Shown here piece by piece: positions 1 to 7,400 of a DNA stretch of 42,854 nucleotides. The notes under the pieces were generated by a model. That model was not told the DNA's origin. It did no database searches and saw nothing but the letters and a program-made list of their open reading frames with translations. The position numbers were made by a program, and so were the translations under genes. The DNA comes from a virus: positions 1 through 42,854 of IMG/VR virus record IMGVR_UViG_3300017605_001089; one strand, given 5' to 3'. Position 1 is the first letter of the stretch. The number at the start of each line of letters is the position of its first letter.

Positions 1-141
1 CGTGACGGGAACGGCTCGAGGCTGGCGCAGGCGCCTGTAACCCGTTGCTCTGGGCCGCGGTAGAGAATCGGCGAAAATAGTCGAAAAATACCCTTGCACG
101 GTTCGCGGGCCGGATGCTACATTTTGGTCGTCGCAGGGAAG
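1..141. repeat. Terminal direct repeat copy A, identical to 42714..42854 (wrap-around of a circular or circularly permuted genome)
   Basis: First 141 nt equal the last 141 nt base for base. It holds the last 40 nt (stop TAA 38-40) of the CDS starting at 42526 and most of promoter module P1. Confidence 0.95.
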
Positions 142-178
142 GGCCCGGCGGCAGGACTCGAAAGAAGGAGCGGACAAA
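61..178 (+). promoter_or_regulatory. Promoter-leader module P1
   Basis: Phased CGAAAA(A)TA A-tracts. -35 TTGCAC 94-99, 18-nt spacer ending TGC, -10 TACATT 118-123. Invariant GGGAAGGGCCC 136-146, SD GAAGGAG 164-170, ATG 179. Same architecture as four other sites. Confidence 0.7.
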
Positions 179-1198
179 ATGAAGAACTCGGCGAAGCTGA
201 ACCTGACGAACCTCGAAGCGAAGGCCCTCGCGGCGGCGTACTGCTCGAGCGACGGCAACGGCCACGACTTCGGCATCGTGGGCGACGTGGTGGAAGCGCT
301 GGCGAAGGACGGGATCAACGCGAAGGCGGCCGGCGCCCTCATGGTGAGCCTTCAGGCGAAGGGCCTCTTCCGGATCCACGCCGCGGTGATCGTGAACGAG
401 GGCACGCGCTACGCCGACCGGGTCGTCCAGTTCGTGTTCACGCCTGAGGCCCTCGCGACCTGCGAGAGCCTCAAGGCCGAGGCCGAGGCCGCGAAGTGGC
501 TCGAGGCCGAGCGCGCGCGCACGCTCGAGACCGTGATCGTCCGGGTCGAAGGCCTCGGCACGGGCGGCGACGGCTTCCTCGACACGACGCTGGACTACGC
601 GCAGCGCAAGGTCGCCCGGATGCCGGTGTGGCCGCGGCGCTCCGACAACCTCGAGCGCGAACTCTGGCAGGCCGGCATCGCGCTCGCGCTCGCGCCGCTG
701 CACGCCGCGGCGCTCGCCGTGGACGCGAACGAGCACACGAAGGGCGGGAAGGTGAGCACGGCCCTCTCGCTCCGCGGCGAGGCCGAGACGATGGCGAACC
801 GCCGGGCGCTCGGGCTGGCGAACGAGGCCGAGGTCGAGGCGGCGCACATCGAGGCCCTGCTCGCGGAGGTCGAGCGGCTCGAGAAGTTCGCGCACGAGCA
901 GTACCTCGCGGCCGAGGACGCGAAGCGCGACGGGCACTTCTCGGACGCGCTGCTCCTGCGCGCCGGCGCGCGCCGGACGCACGCGAAGTCGGAGGCGCTG
1001 GACGCGCTCGCCCGCGGCGAGGAGCCGAGCACGCGGGCGGAGGCGCTCGCGAACATCGACTCGGCGTTCGCGACCGCGGCGCAGGCGCTCTTCTACGCCT
1101 CGAACCTGCTCGAAGAACTGGACCTCGAGGCCGAGTGCGTGGCGGTCTCGAAGCACGCGGCGGCCCTCTACCAGATCCGGAAGGGCCTTCAGGAGTAG
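179..1198 (+). CDS. Hypothetical early protein; monocistronic with its own promoter and hairpin
   Basis: ATG after a strong SD, balanced amino-acid composition, high GC3. No family recognised. Confidence 0.8.
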   Translation: MKNSAKLNLTNLEAKALAAAYCSSDGNGHDFGIVGDVVEALAKDGINAKAAGALMVSLQAKGLFRIHAAVIVNEGTRYADRVVQFVFTPEALATCESLKAEAEAAKWLEAERARTLETVIVRVEGLGTGGDGFLDTTLDYAQRKVARMPVWPRRSDNLERELWQAGIALALAPLHAAALAVDANEHTKGGKVSTALSLRGEAETMANRRALGLANEAEVEAAHIEALLAEVERLEKFAHEQYLAAEDAKRDGHFSDALLLRAGARRTHAKSEALDALARGEEPSTRAEALANIDSAFATAAQALFYASNLLEELDLEAECVAVSKHAAALYQIRKGLQE

Positions 1199-1211
1199 GC
1201 GGCCCCGGGAG

Positions 1212-1242
1212 GCGGGCGCCGCTAAATCGTTGCGGCGCCCGC
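1212..1242 (+). terminator. GC-rich hairpin (11-bp perfect stem, 9-nt loop) after the first early gene
   Basis: GCGGGCGCCGC (1212-1222) pairs with GCGGCGCCCGC (1232-1242). No U-tract. Confidence 0.5.
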
Positions 1243-1244
1243 AC

Positions 1245-1362
1245 TTCTAGAAAGGTCGAAAAAAGCCGAAAAATACCCTTGCGCCCGTGGGCGGAAACCT
1301 CTAGATTACTCGTGTCGCAGGGAAGGGCCCGGCGGCGAAACCTCGAAGAAGGAGACGAGAAA
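1245..1362 (+). promoter_or_regulatory. Promoter-leader module P2
   Basis: TCTAGAA plus phased CGAAAAA tracts. -35 TTGCGC 1279-1284, 17-nt spacer, -10 TAGATT 1302-1307. GGGAAGGGCCC 1320-1330, SD GAAGGAG 1348-1354, ATG 1363. Confidence 0.7.
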
Positions 1363-2193
1363 ATGACGAAGAGCACGGCGAAGGGCGCGGCGAAGTTCAC
1401 GGTTGAGGTTCAGGCGTGGTGCGGCAACGTGAAGCCCTTCTGCGCGCGCGTGGAGTGGACGGCTCCGAACGGCCGGGCGCGGGCGCAGTCCACCGGCTTC
1501 TGCAAGTCCGAAGGCCGCGCCCTCGCGGCCGGCCAGACGCTCCTCGCGAAGCTCGAGGCGCAGGACGCGCGCGAGCGCGCGGCCTACGAGGCGGCCTTCG
1601 ACGCGGCGCTGCTCGAGGCCGAGGCGCGCTACACGGCGGCGAACGCCGGCGCCGAGATCCCGGCCGAGCTTTCCGGCGGCCTGCCGCGGGCCGAGGCGCC
1701 CGCGGCGCCGGTCCGCCCGCTCACCATGACGGCGGACGAAGAGGCGCGGAACCGCGCGATCTCGACGGAGCAGGGCACGCTCGGCCGCACGTTCGCGGAA
1801 CTGGACGCCACGCGCCGCTCGCACGACGCGACGGTCGGCATGGGCGTCGCGGCCGTGAAGGAACTCGCCGCGCAGCGCGACGCGCTCTTCGCGGCCCTTC
1901 AGCTTTGCATGGCGACGGCGACGTGGAGCAGCGCGGACGCGGTGCCGGAGGCTTACACGCGGGCGCTCGCTCAGGCCCGCGCCGCGGTGCAGCGCTCCTT
2001 CGGCGTGAAGCCGCAGGCGACGCGGCTCTCGCTCCTCGACGTGGCGCGCGAGGGCGTCGAGTGGGCGCACCACTTCGAGCTTCACCTTCCGGCCGGGCAG
2101 GGCCACGGCCACTCGCGCGCCGGCCTGCTCCGTTTCATCGCCGAGGCCGGCGACACGATCCGCGCCCACGGCGGCCAGACGGTGCGGTCGTGA
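1363..2193 (+). CDS. Hypothetical early protein
   Basis: In-frame ATG directly after module P2. The part of listed ORF 496..2193 upstream of it is Arg/Gly-rich shadow sequence. Confidence 0.8.
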   Translation: MTKSTAKGAAKFTVEVQAWCGNVKPFCARVEWTAPNGRARAQSTGFCKSEGRALAAGQTLLAKLEAQDARERAAYEAAFDAALLEAEARYTAANAGAEIPAELSGGLPRAEAPAAPVRPLTMTADEEARNRAISTEQGTLGRTFAELDATRRSHDATVGMGVAAVKELAAQRDALFAALQLCMATATWSSADAVPEAYTRALAQARAAVQRSFGVKPQATRLSLLDVAREGVEWAHHFELHLPAGQGHGHSRAGLLRFIAEAGDTIRAHGGQTVRS

Positions 2194-2441
2194 GGCCGGC
2201 CGCGGTCCGCTCGCTCGTGGCGCTCGCCCGCAAGGGAGCGCTCGCGAAGGCCCCGCTCGAGCGCGAGGCGGAGAACCTGCAATGGATCCAAGACGAGGAG
2301 CGCGGGAAGTTCTTCACGCACCGGGGCGCGCAGTACCACGCGCTCCGCCGCGTCCTCGAGAAGGCCCGCGAACTGGACGAAGAGATCACGTACGCGCTCG
2401 GGCTTCACGACGCCGAGCAGGACGAAAGGCGGAAGGGATGA
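2190..2441 (+). CDS. Hypothetical protein
   Basis: GTG start in a GTGA overlap with the upstream stop. Sensible composition from that point on. Confidence 0.6.
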   Translation: MRPAAVRSLVALARKGALAKAPLEREAENLQWIQDEERGKFFTHRGAQYHALRRVLEKARELDEEITYALGLHDAEQDERRKG

Positions 2442-2683
2442 AGAAGACCGAAACCGTGACGCGCACGCTCGAGATCGCGCTCGAGGAGCCGGGCCCGTTC
2501 CTGCGCGTGCTCGTGCCGAACGAAGGGCCGCCGGCCGTGATCGTGAACGTGCGGACCTCGGGCCCGGGCGCGGTGGACTGCGGCCCGAGGCTCCTGCTCT
2601 TCCCGACGGCGGCCTCGGTGCGTGAAGCGGCCGAGGCGCTCCAAGTGGCCGCCGGCTACTTCGAGCGGGGCGAACTCCTGTGA
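2438..2683 (+). CDS. Hypothetical protein
   Basis: ATGA start/stop overlap, MKKTETV... product. Confidence 0.65.
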   Translation: MKKTETVTRTLEIALEEPGPFLRVLVPNEGPPAVIVNVRTSGPGAVDCGPRLLLFPTAASVREAAEALQVAAGYFERGELL

Positions 2684-2973
2684 GCCCGGCGTTCTCGGAC
2701 GTGTTCTTCTCCTCGGCCTCCGCCCATTGGGCGACGCCGGGGGCGCTGCTCGAGGCGCCCGAGGCCGCGCTCGCCGTGTTCCTGCTCCCGGCGCGGACGG
2801 ACACGCGCTGGTGGCACGAGCACGCATTGAAGGCCACCGAGATCCGCTTCCTGCGCGGGCGGCTCAAGTTCGGCGAGGCGAAGAACTCCGCGCCGTTCCC
2901 GTCCGTGCTGCTCATCTACCGAAACGAAACCCGACCCGAAACCCGACCCGAAACCCTGAAGGAGAACCGATGA
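2680..2973 (+). CDS. Dam-family (phage N6-adenine methyltransferase, PF05869-like) C-terminal fragment, probably catalytically dead
   Basis: LLPARTDTRWWHEHALKATEIRFLRGRLKFGEAKNSAPFPSVLLIY matches the conserved C-terminal half of the family as I remember it. The N-terminal half is absent and FFSS sits where NPPY should be. GTGA overlap start. Confidence 0.55.
   Translation: MSPAFSDVFFSSASAHWATPGALLEAPEAALAVFLLPARTDTRWWHEHALKATEIRFLRGRLKFGEAKNSAPFPSVLLIYRNETRPETRPETLKENR
2925..2956 (+). repeat. 12-bp tandem repeat CGAAACCCGACC, about 2.7 copies
   Basis: cgaaacccgacc cgaaacccgacc cgaaaccc read directly. It encodes the ETRPETRPET tail of the Dam fragment and ends 14 nt before the HTH gene ATG. 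Confidence 0.9.
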
Positions 2974-3290
2974 AGGCAACGACGCTGCAGCTTCTCCGCC
3001 TGAGCCTGAAGAGCCCGAACCTCCCGCCGCAGCCGACGCTGAAGGCGGTCGCCGAAGCCGCGGCCCTGAGCGCCGGCAACCTTAGCGGTTGGGAGCGCGG
3101 CGAGAAGTCGCTCGGCGCTCGCTCGCTCCTGACCATCTCCGCCCTCTACGGCAAGACGCCGGAGGCCCTCGAGGAACTCTTCGACCGGTGCCGGCTCGCG
3201 TGGCTCCTCGAGGAGACCGCCGCGGTGGAGGCGCGCATCAACCTGCGCTCGAAGCTCGCGCGCGAGAAGGGACGAAAGAAGAGTCGGTAA
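2970..3290 (+). CDS. XRE/Cro-CI-type helix-turn-helix DNA-binding protein
   Basis: TLKAVAEAAALSAGNLSGWERGEKSLGARSLLTISALYG fits the HTH_3 pattern. ATGA overlap start. Confidence 0.65.
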   Translation: MKATTLQLLRLSLKSPNLPPQPTLKAVAEAAALSAGNLSGWERGEKSLGARSLLTISALYGKTPEALEELFDRCRLAWLLEETAAVEARINLRSKLAREKGRKKSR

Positions 3291-3299
3291 CCTGCCGAA

Positions 3300-3315
3300 G
3301 CGATGCTAGTATCGC
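3300..3315. promoter_or_regulatory. 16-bp imperfect palindrome GCGATgCTAGtATCGC overlapping an extended -10-like TGCTAGTAT
   Basis: Arms GCGAT/ATCGC are perfect inverted repeats. GATGCTAG is the same string as the -10 region of the P modules. Confidence 0.4.
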
Positions 3316-3365
3316 CCCGCGCCCGAGCCCTCGGGCACATGGAACCCTCAGTCACGGAGGAGCAG

Positions 3366-4394
3366 ATGACGCAGCAGCAGCAGCAGTCGACCGCGCTCGA
3401 GAAGGCGCGGGAGCTTCCCGAGTGGGCCCTGCCGGTCGTGGGCCCGTTCGCAGATCCGAGCCGCTTCGAGCTTCTTCTCCCGGCCCTGCCGGTGAACTCG
3501 ACCCTCGGCTTCGGGCACGTCCCTTCGATCTCGCTCGTTCACGTTTCGCCGAACGTGCTCGACGGCGAAGTGTTCAAGGTCGGGAGCCGGCAGGAGAACG
3601 GGGCGTGGGTCGATCTCTTCGCCTACTCGAAGCCGGCGCTCTCGAAGATGGCCGGCGCCGCGGGGATCTCGATCAACACTCAGCGCGTGGACCGCGGCAC
3701 GAACAGGGACTACTGCGAAGTGAAGGCCGTCGGCGGGATGAAGAACGAGAGCGGCCAGTCGATCTTCCGCTCGGCGACGAAGGCGTTCGACATGGAGGAC
3801 GTCGCGGCGGAGGCGTGGAGGAACCGCGTCGCGCGCAACGACAAGGCGGACGCGAAGAAGAAGAAGACCGAGCCGCAGATGAAGCAGGACCACGCAGCGG
3901 AGATGACGGCGTTCCGGAAGCACTTGCTCCGGCGCACCGAGGCCGGCGCGATTACCGCAGTTATCCGGGAGCTTCTCGGGATCAAGGGCGCGCAAACCCG
4001 CGAGCAGATCGCGAAGCCGAAGGTGATCCTGCGCGTGGACTTCCGCCCGGACGCGAGCGACCCGGTGGTGAAGCGCTTCCTCCTCGAGCGCGCGGACGCC
4101 GCAACGATGGCGCTCTACGGGATCGGGCTCGGCGAGCGGACGAAGGCGCCGCACGGCGAGGCGGAAGTCATCCACGGTGACGACCCGGGGCCGGCGGCCC
4201 TGACGGCCGGATCGGAGGCCGCGGCCGCGGCGGAGCCCGAGGTTCCGGCCGAGGACTTCACGCGCCGCGTCTTCGAGGGCTTCGACGCGGTGGGCCTCGA
4301 CCTCGCCGAGCGCTCGCGCATCCTGACGGCGAGCGGCGGCGACATGCGGAAGGCCTACGACCTGCTCAACGAACTGGCGAACTCGGAAAGCTAA
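3366..4394 (+). CDS. Hypothetical protein (possible recombination partner of the downstream nuclease; function unproven)
   Basis: ATG 3366 preceded by GGAGGA. Alternative in-frame ATGs at 3303 and 3339. Good composition. No family recognised. Confidence 0.65.
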   Translation: MTQQQQQSTALEKARELPEWALPVVGPFADPSRFELLLPALPVNSTLGFGHVPSISLVHVSPNVLDGEVFKVGSRQENGAWVDLFAYSKPALSKMAGAAGISINTQRVDRGTNRDYCEVKAVGGMKNESGQSIFRSATKAFDMEDVAAEAWRNRVARNDKADAKKKKTEPQMKQDHAAEMTAFRKHLLRRTEAGAITAVIRELLGIKGAQTREQIAKPKVILRVDFRPDASDPVVKRFLLERADAATMALYGIGLGERTKAPHGEAEVIHGDDPGPAALTAGSEAAAAAEPEVPAEDFTRRVFEGFDAVGLDLAERSRILTASGGDMRKAYDLLNELANSES

Positions 4395-4401
4395 CCGGAT
4401 T

Positions 4402-4424
4402 GGGGCCGGCCTCGCGCCGGCCCC
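4402..4424 (+). terminator. GC-rich hairpin (9-bp stem, 5-nt loop)
   Basis: GGGGCCGGC ctcgc GCCGGCCCC, 8 nt after the stop at 4394. Confidence 0.45.
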
Positions 4425-4449
4425 GCTCACTGGAAGAGGAGAAGAGAAA

Positions 4450-7400
4450 ATGCGCGTGCTTCACTTTGCCGACCTGCACTTGGACGACTCCACGACGCCG
4501 AACTCTGAGCGGGCGATGGAGCAGCTTCTCGAGGCCGCGAAGCGTGAGCGGCCGGACCTGATCCTGAACGTTGGCGACCTCACGATGCGGCGCGGCCACC
4601 TTGCGCCGTGGGTCGCGTTCAGGCTTCGCCAGTTCCACGACGCGCTCGCCGAGATCGCGCCGACCATCGTGGTCGAGGGGAATCACGACCTCACCTACGA
4701 AGAGGGCCGCGCCGGGATGCTCTCCGGCGCGCTGCGCGAAAGCGGCGCCGCACCGGGCCGGCTCTTCGTGATCGAACGGCCCGAGGTCGTTCGCATCCCG
4801 GGCCTGCGCGACGTGGCGTGCCTCCCGTACCCTTCAAAGCTCCGGCTGGCCGCGGCGCGCGAGGGCTCGGGCCTGCCGACGAACGAAGCGGTGCAGGCCG
4901 CTCTGCTCGAGATCGTGCGCGGCCTCGCGCTCGCGTCCGGGCCCGGCGCCATCCTCGCGTTCCACGGCACGGTCGAAGGCGCGAAGGCCGGGACCGAGAG
5001 CATCATGGCGACCGAGATCGACGCGCTCCTGAAGCCCTCGGACATTCCCGCCGGCTTCGCGCGCGTGCTCTGCGGGCACATCCACCGCTACCAGACGATC
5101 CCGTGCGCGGACGGCCTGCCGCTCGCGACCTACTGCGGGAGCCCGGCGCCGCTTTCGTTCTCCGAGGAGAACTACGCGCACGGCTACATCCTCTGGACCT
5201 TCCCGGAAGATCCAGCGCTGATCGAGGCGGAAACCTTCGTGGAACTCGAGCCGGCGGAGCGGCTCCTGACCGTGGACATTCGCGAGGCCGGCATCGCGCG
5301 GCAGGAGGTCGACCCGCTGACGCTTCACGGGCCGTTCGACTCCGAGGGCGGGATCATCCTCACGGGCGAAGTGAGCCTGATCACGGTCGACCCGCGGCTC
5401 GAGGCGTTCGCGGCGAAGTGCCCGGGCGTCCTTCGCACGACCGGTCTCGCCGGCGTGTCCGTGCGCGTGCTGGCGACCGTGGGCCGGAACGAGGAGGGCG
5501 CGCGCGTGCGCGAACTGCTCGAGAAGGCGGCGCGCGATGCCGGCGCCGCGAAGGTGCGCGTGGTGCTCGAGCGGCTCTCGGACGACCTGACGGTCCCGCT
5601 CTCCGAGCGCGTGAAGCTCGAGGGCGACCTGAATGCGCTCCTCGACGTCTGGGCCGCGCGCGTCCCGGAGGTCGCCGCGAACCTCGAGGCCCTGAAGGCG
5701 AAGGCCGCCGGGCTCGAGTCGCTCCTGCCGTTCGAGGCGCACTCGAGCACGAACGCCGCGGAGTACCGGCTGCTCTCGCTCGAGGTCTCGAACTGGAAGA
5801 GCTTCCGCGCGGCGCCCACGCGCGTCGAGCTTGCGGACTGCGGCTCGCTCGTGGCGGTGGAGGGCGAGAACGCGAGCGGCAAAAGCAATCTCATGGAGGC
5901 CGAGGCCTTCGCGCTCTGGGGCCGCACGCTGCGCGGCCGGCAGACGCTCTCGGAACTCGTGCGGAAGGGCGAGGACCGCGCGAACGTGACGGCGGAGTTC
6001 GTGAGCGATGGCGAGCGCTGGAAGGTTTCGCGGTCGATCCGGATTCGCAAGGGCGGCGTCGGCGTGGCGGAACTGAGCCTCGCGAAGCTGCACAATCCGG
6101 TGAACGAGTTCGGGAACATGTCGCCCTTCGGCGAGTGGAAGCCGGCGGACAAGGGCACGGCCACGGAGACGCAGGCGTTCCTCGAGCTTCTCGTGGGCCC
6201 GCTCGACCTGTACCTCGCGACGCGCTACGCCTCGCAGGGGGACGTCGACCGGCTGCTCTCGCTCTCGCCGGCGGAACTGAAAACGCTCCTGCAGCGGGCC
6301 CTGAACATCGGCGCCTTCGAGGCCCGCGAGGCTATCGGCCGGGAGAAGCTCGGGGAGGCCGACGTTCTCGTGACGCGGCTCTTCGGCAAGCTCGGCGGGC
6401 TCGAGGCCGTGGCGGGCGACCCGGAGGCCCTGCGGGCCGACGTGGCCGGCGTGGAGGCAACCGCGGAGCTTGCCCGGATCGGGCTCGAGAACTGCGCCCG
6501 AACCCACGCGGCGCTCCGGGAGGCGCAGGCGGTGGCGCAGCAGGAGGAGACCCGGCTCATGGGCGTCGCTGCTCAGGTGAAGGCGATCAACCTGCGGTGC
6601 CGGACCGCGGACGAACGCGCCTCCGACCTGAGGCTCCGGGCGGCCGGCGAGGCTCGCCGGGCGGCCAGCGAGCGAGGCCCCGTGGACGACGCGGCGGAGG
6701 CGGAGAAGCTCCGGGCCGGGCTCGTGGACTTCGACGCCACGATCAAGGCCCGCGACGACGCGCGCGTGGAGCACGCCAGTCTGGTCGCGCTCTGCAATCA
6801 GGCGAAGCACGGCCTCGCCGAGCAGGTCGCGGCGCTGGACCGCAAGCGCACCGAGGCGGCCGCCCGGCTCGCGCTCGCCCGGGCTCAGGAAGGAAGCGAG
6901 ATCCGGATCGGCGCGGCGAAGCTCGAGAAGCTCAAGGCGGACGTCGCCACGATCCGCACGCTGGCGAAAGCGCAGGTCGATGCGGCGAAGGAGTCCGCGG
7001 CGCTGCTCGGCCGCGTGCCGTTCGGTGAGAAGTGCGCCGAAGCCGGCTGCGCGTTCGTGGCCGGCGCCGTGAAGGCGCGCGACACGCTCGAGGCGCTCGA
7101 GGCCAGCATGAACGGCAAGGTGGTCGAGGCCGAACAGCGGCTCGCCGAGGGGCAGGCGGCGCACCGGGACGCGCTCTTCGAGGCGTCCGAGAAGGTCCGC
7201 GTGGCGCTCGACGCCACGCTCCCGGCGGCCTCCGAGATGGAGGCTCGCGGCGTGGACCGCTGCTCGCTCGTGATGCGCGAGGCGACGGAGGCGGCGCGCT
7301 CCTCTGCGACCGTCGTGCTCGAACTCGAGGACCGGACGAAGGCGATGGAAGTCCTCCGGGACGCGCTCCGGAGCCTCGAGGCGGCCGGGGCCGCGCGCGA

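Noticed and set aside
496-1362. N-terminal 289 codons of listed ORF 496..2193, and comparable long 5' extensions of ORFs 1416..2441, 9567..10208, 9920..11419, 13523..14626 and 41257..42753
   Set aside because: The extensions overlap other well-supported genes, are Arg/Gly-rich, and in this case would run straight through the 1212-1242 hairpin and promoter module P2. In each case the real start is placed at an SD-linked or NTGA-coupled codon.
2684-2830. A simple frameshift as the explanation for the missing NPPY motif of the Dam fragment
   Set aside because: I translated the other two frames across this stretch. Neither contains NPPY/DPPY or other Dam N-terminal motifs, and the upstream gene (2438..2683) is unrelated.
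2925-2956. Tandem repeat considered as a CRISPR-like or minisatellite array
   Set aside because: It has under three copies of a 12-bp unit, with no spacers and no other copies in the window. It is far too small to be a CRISPR array.
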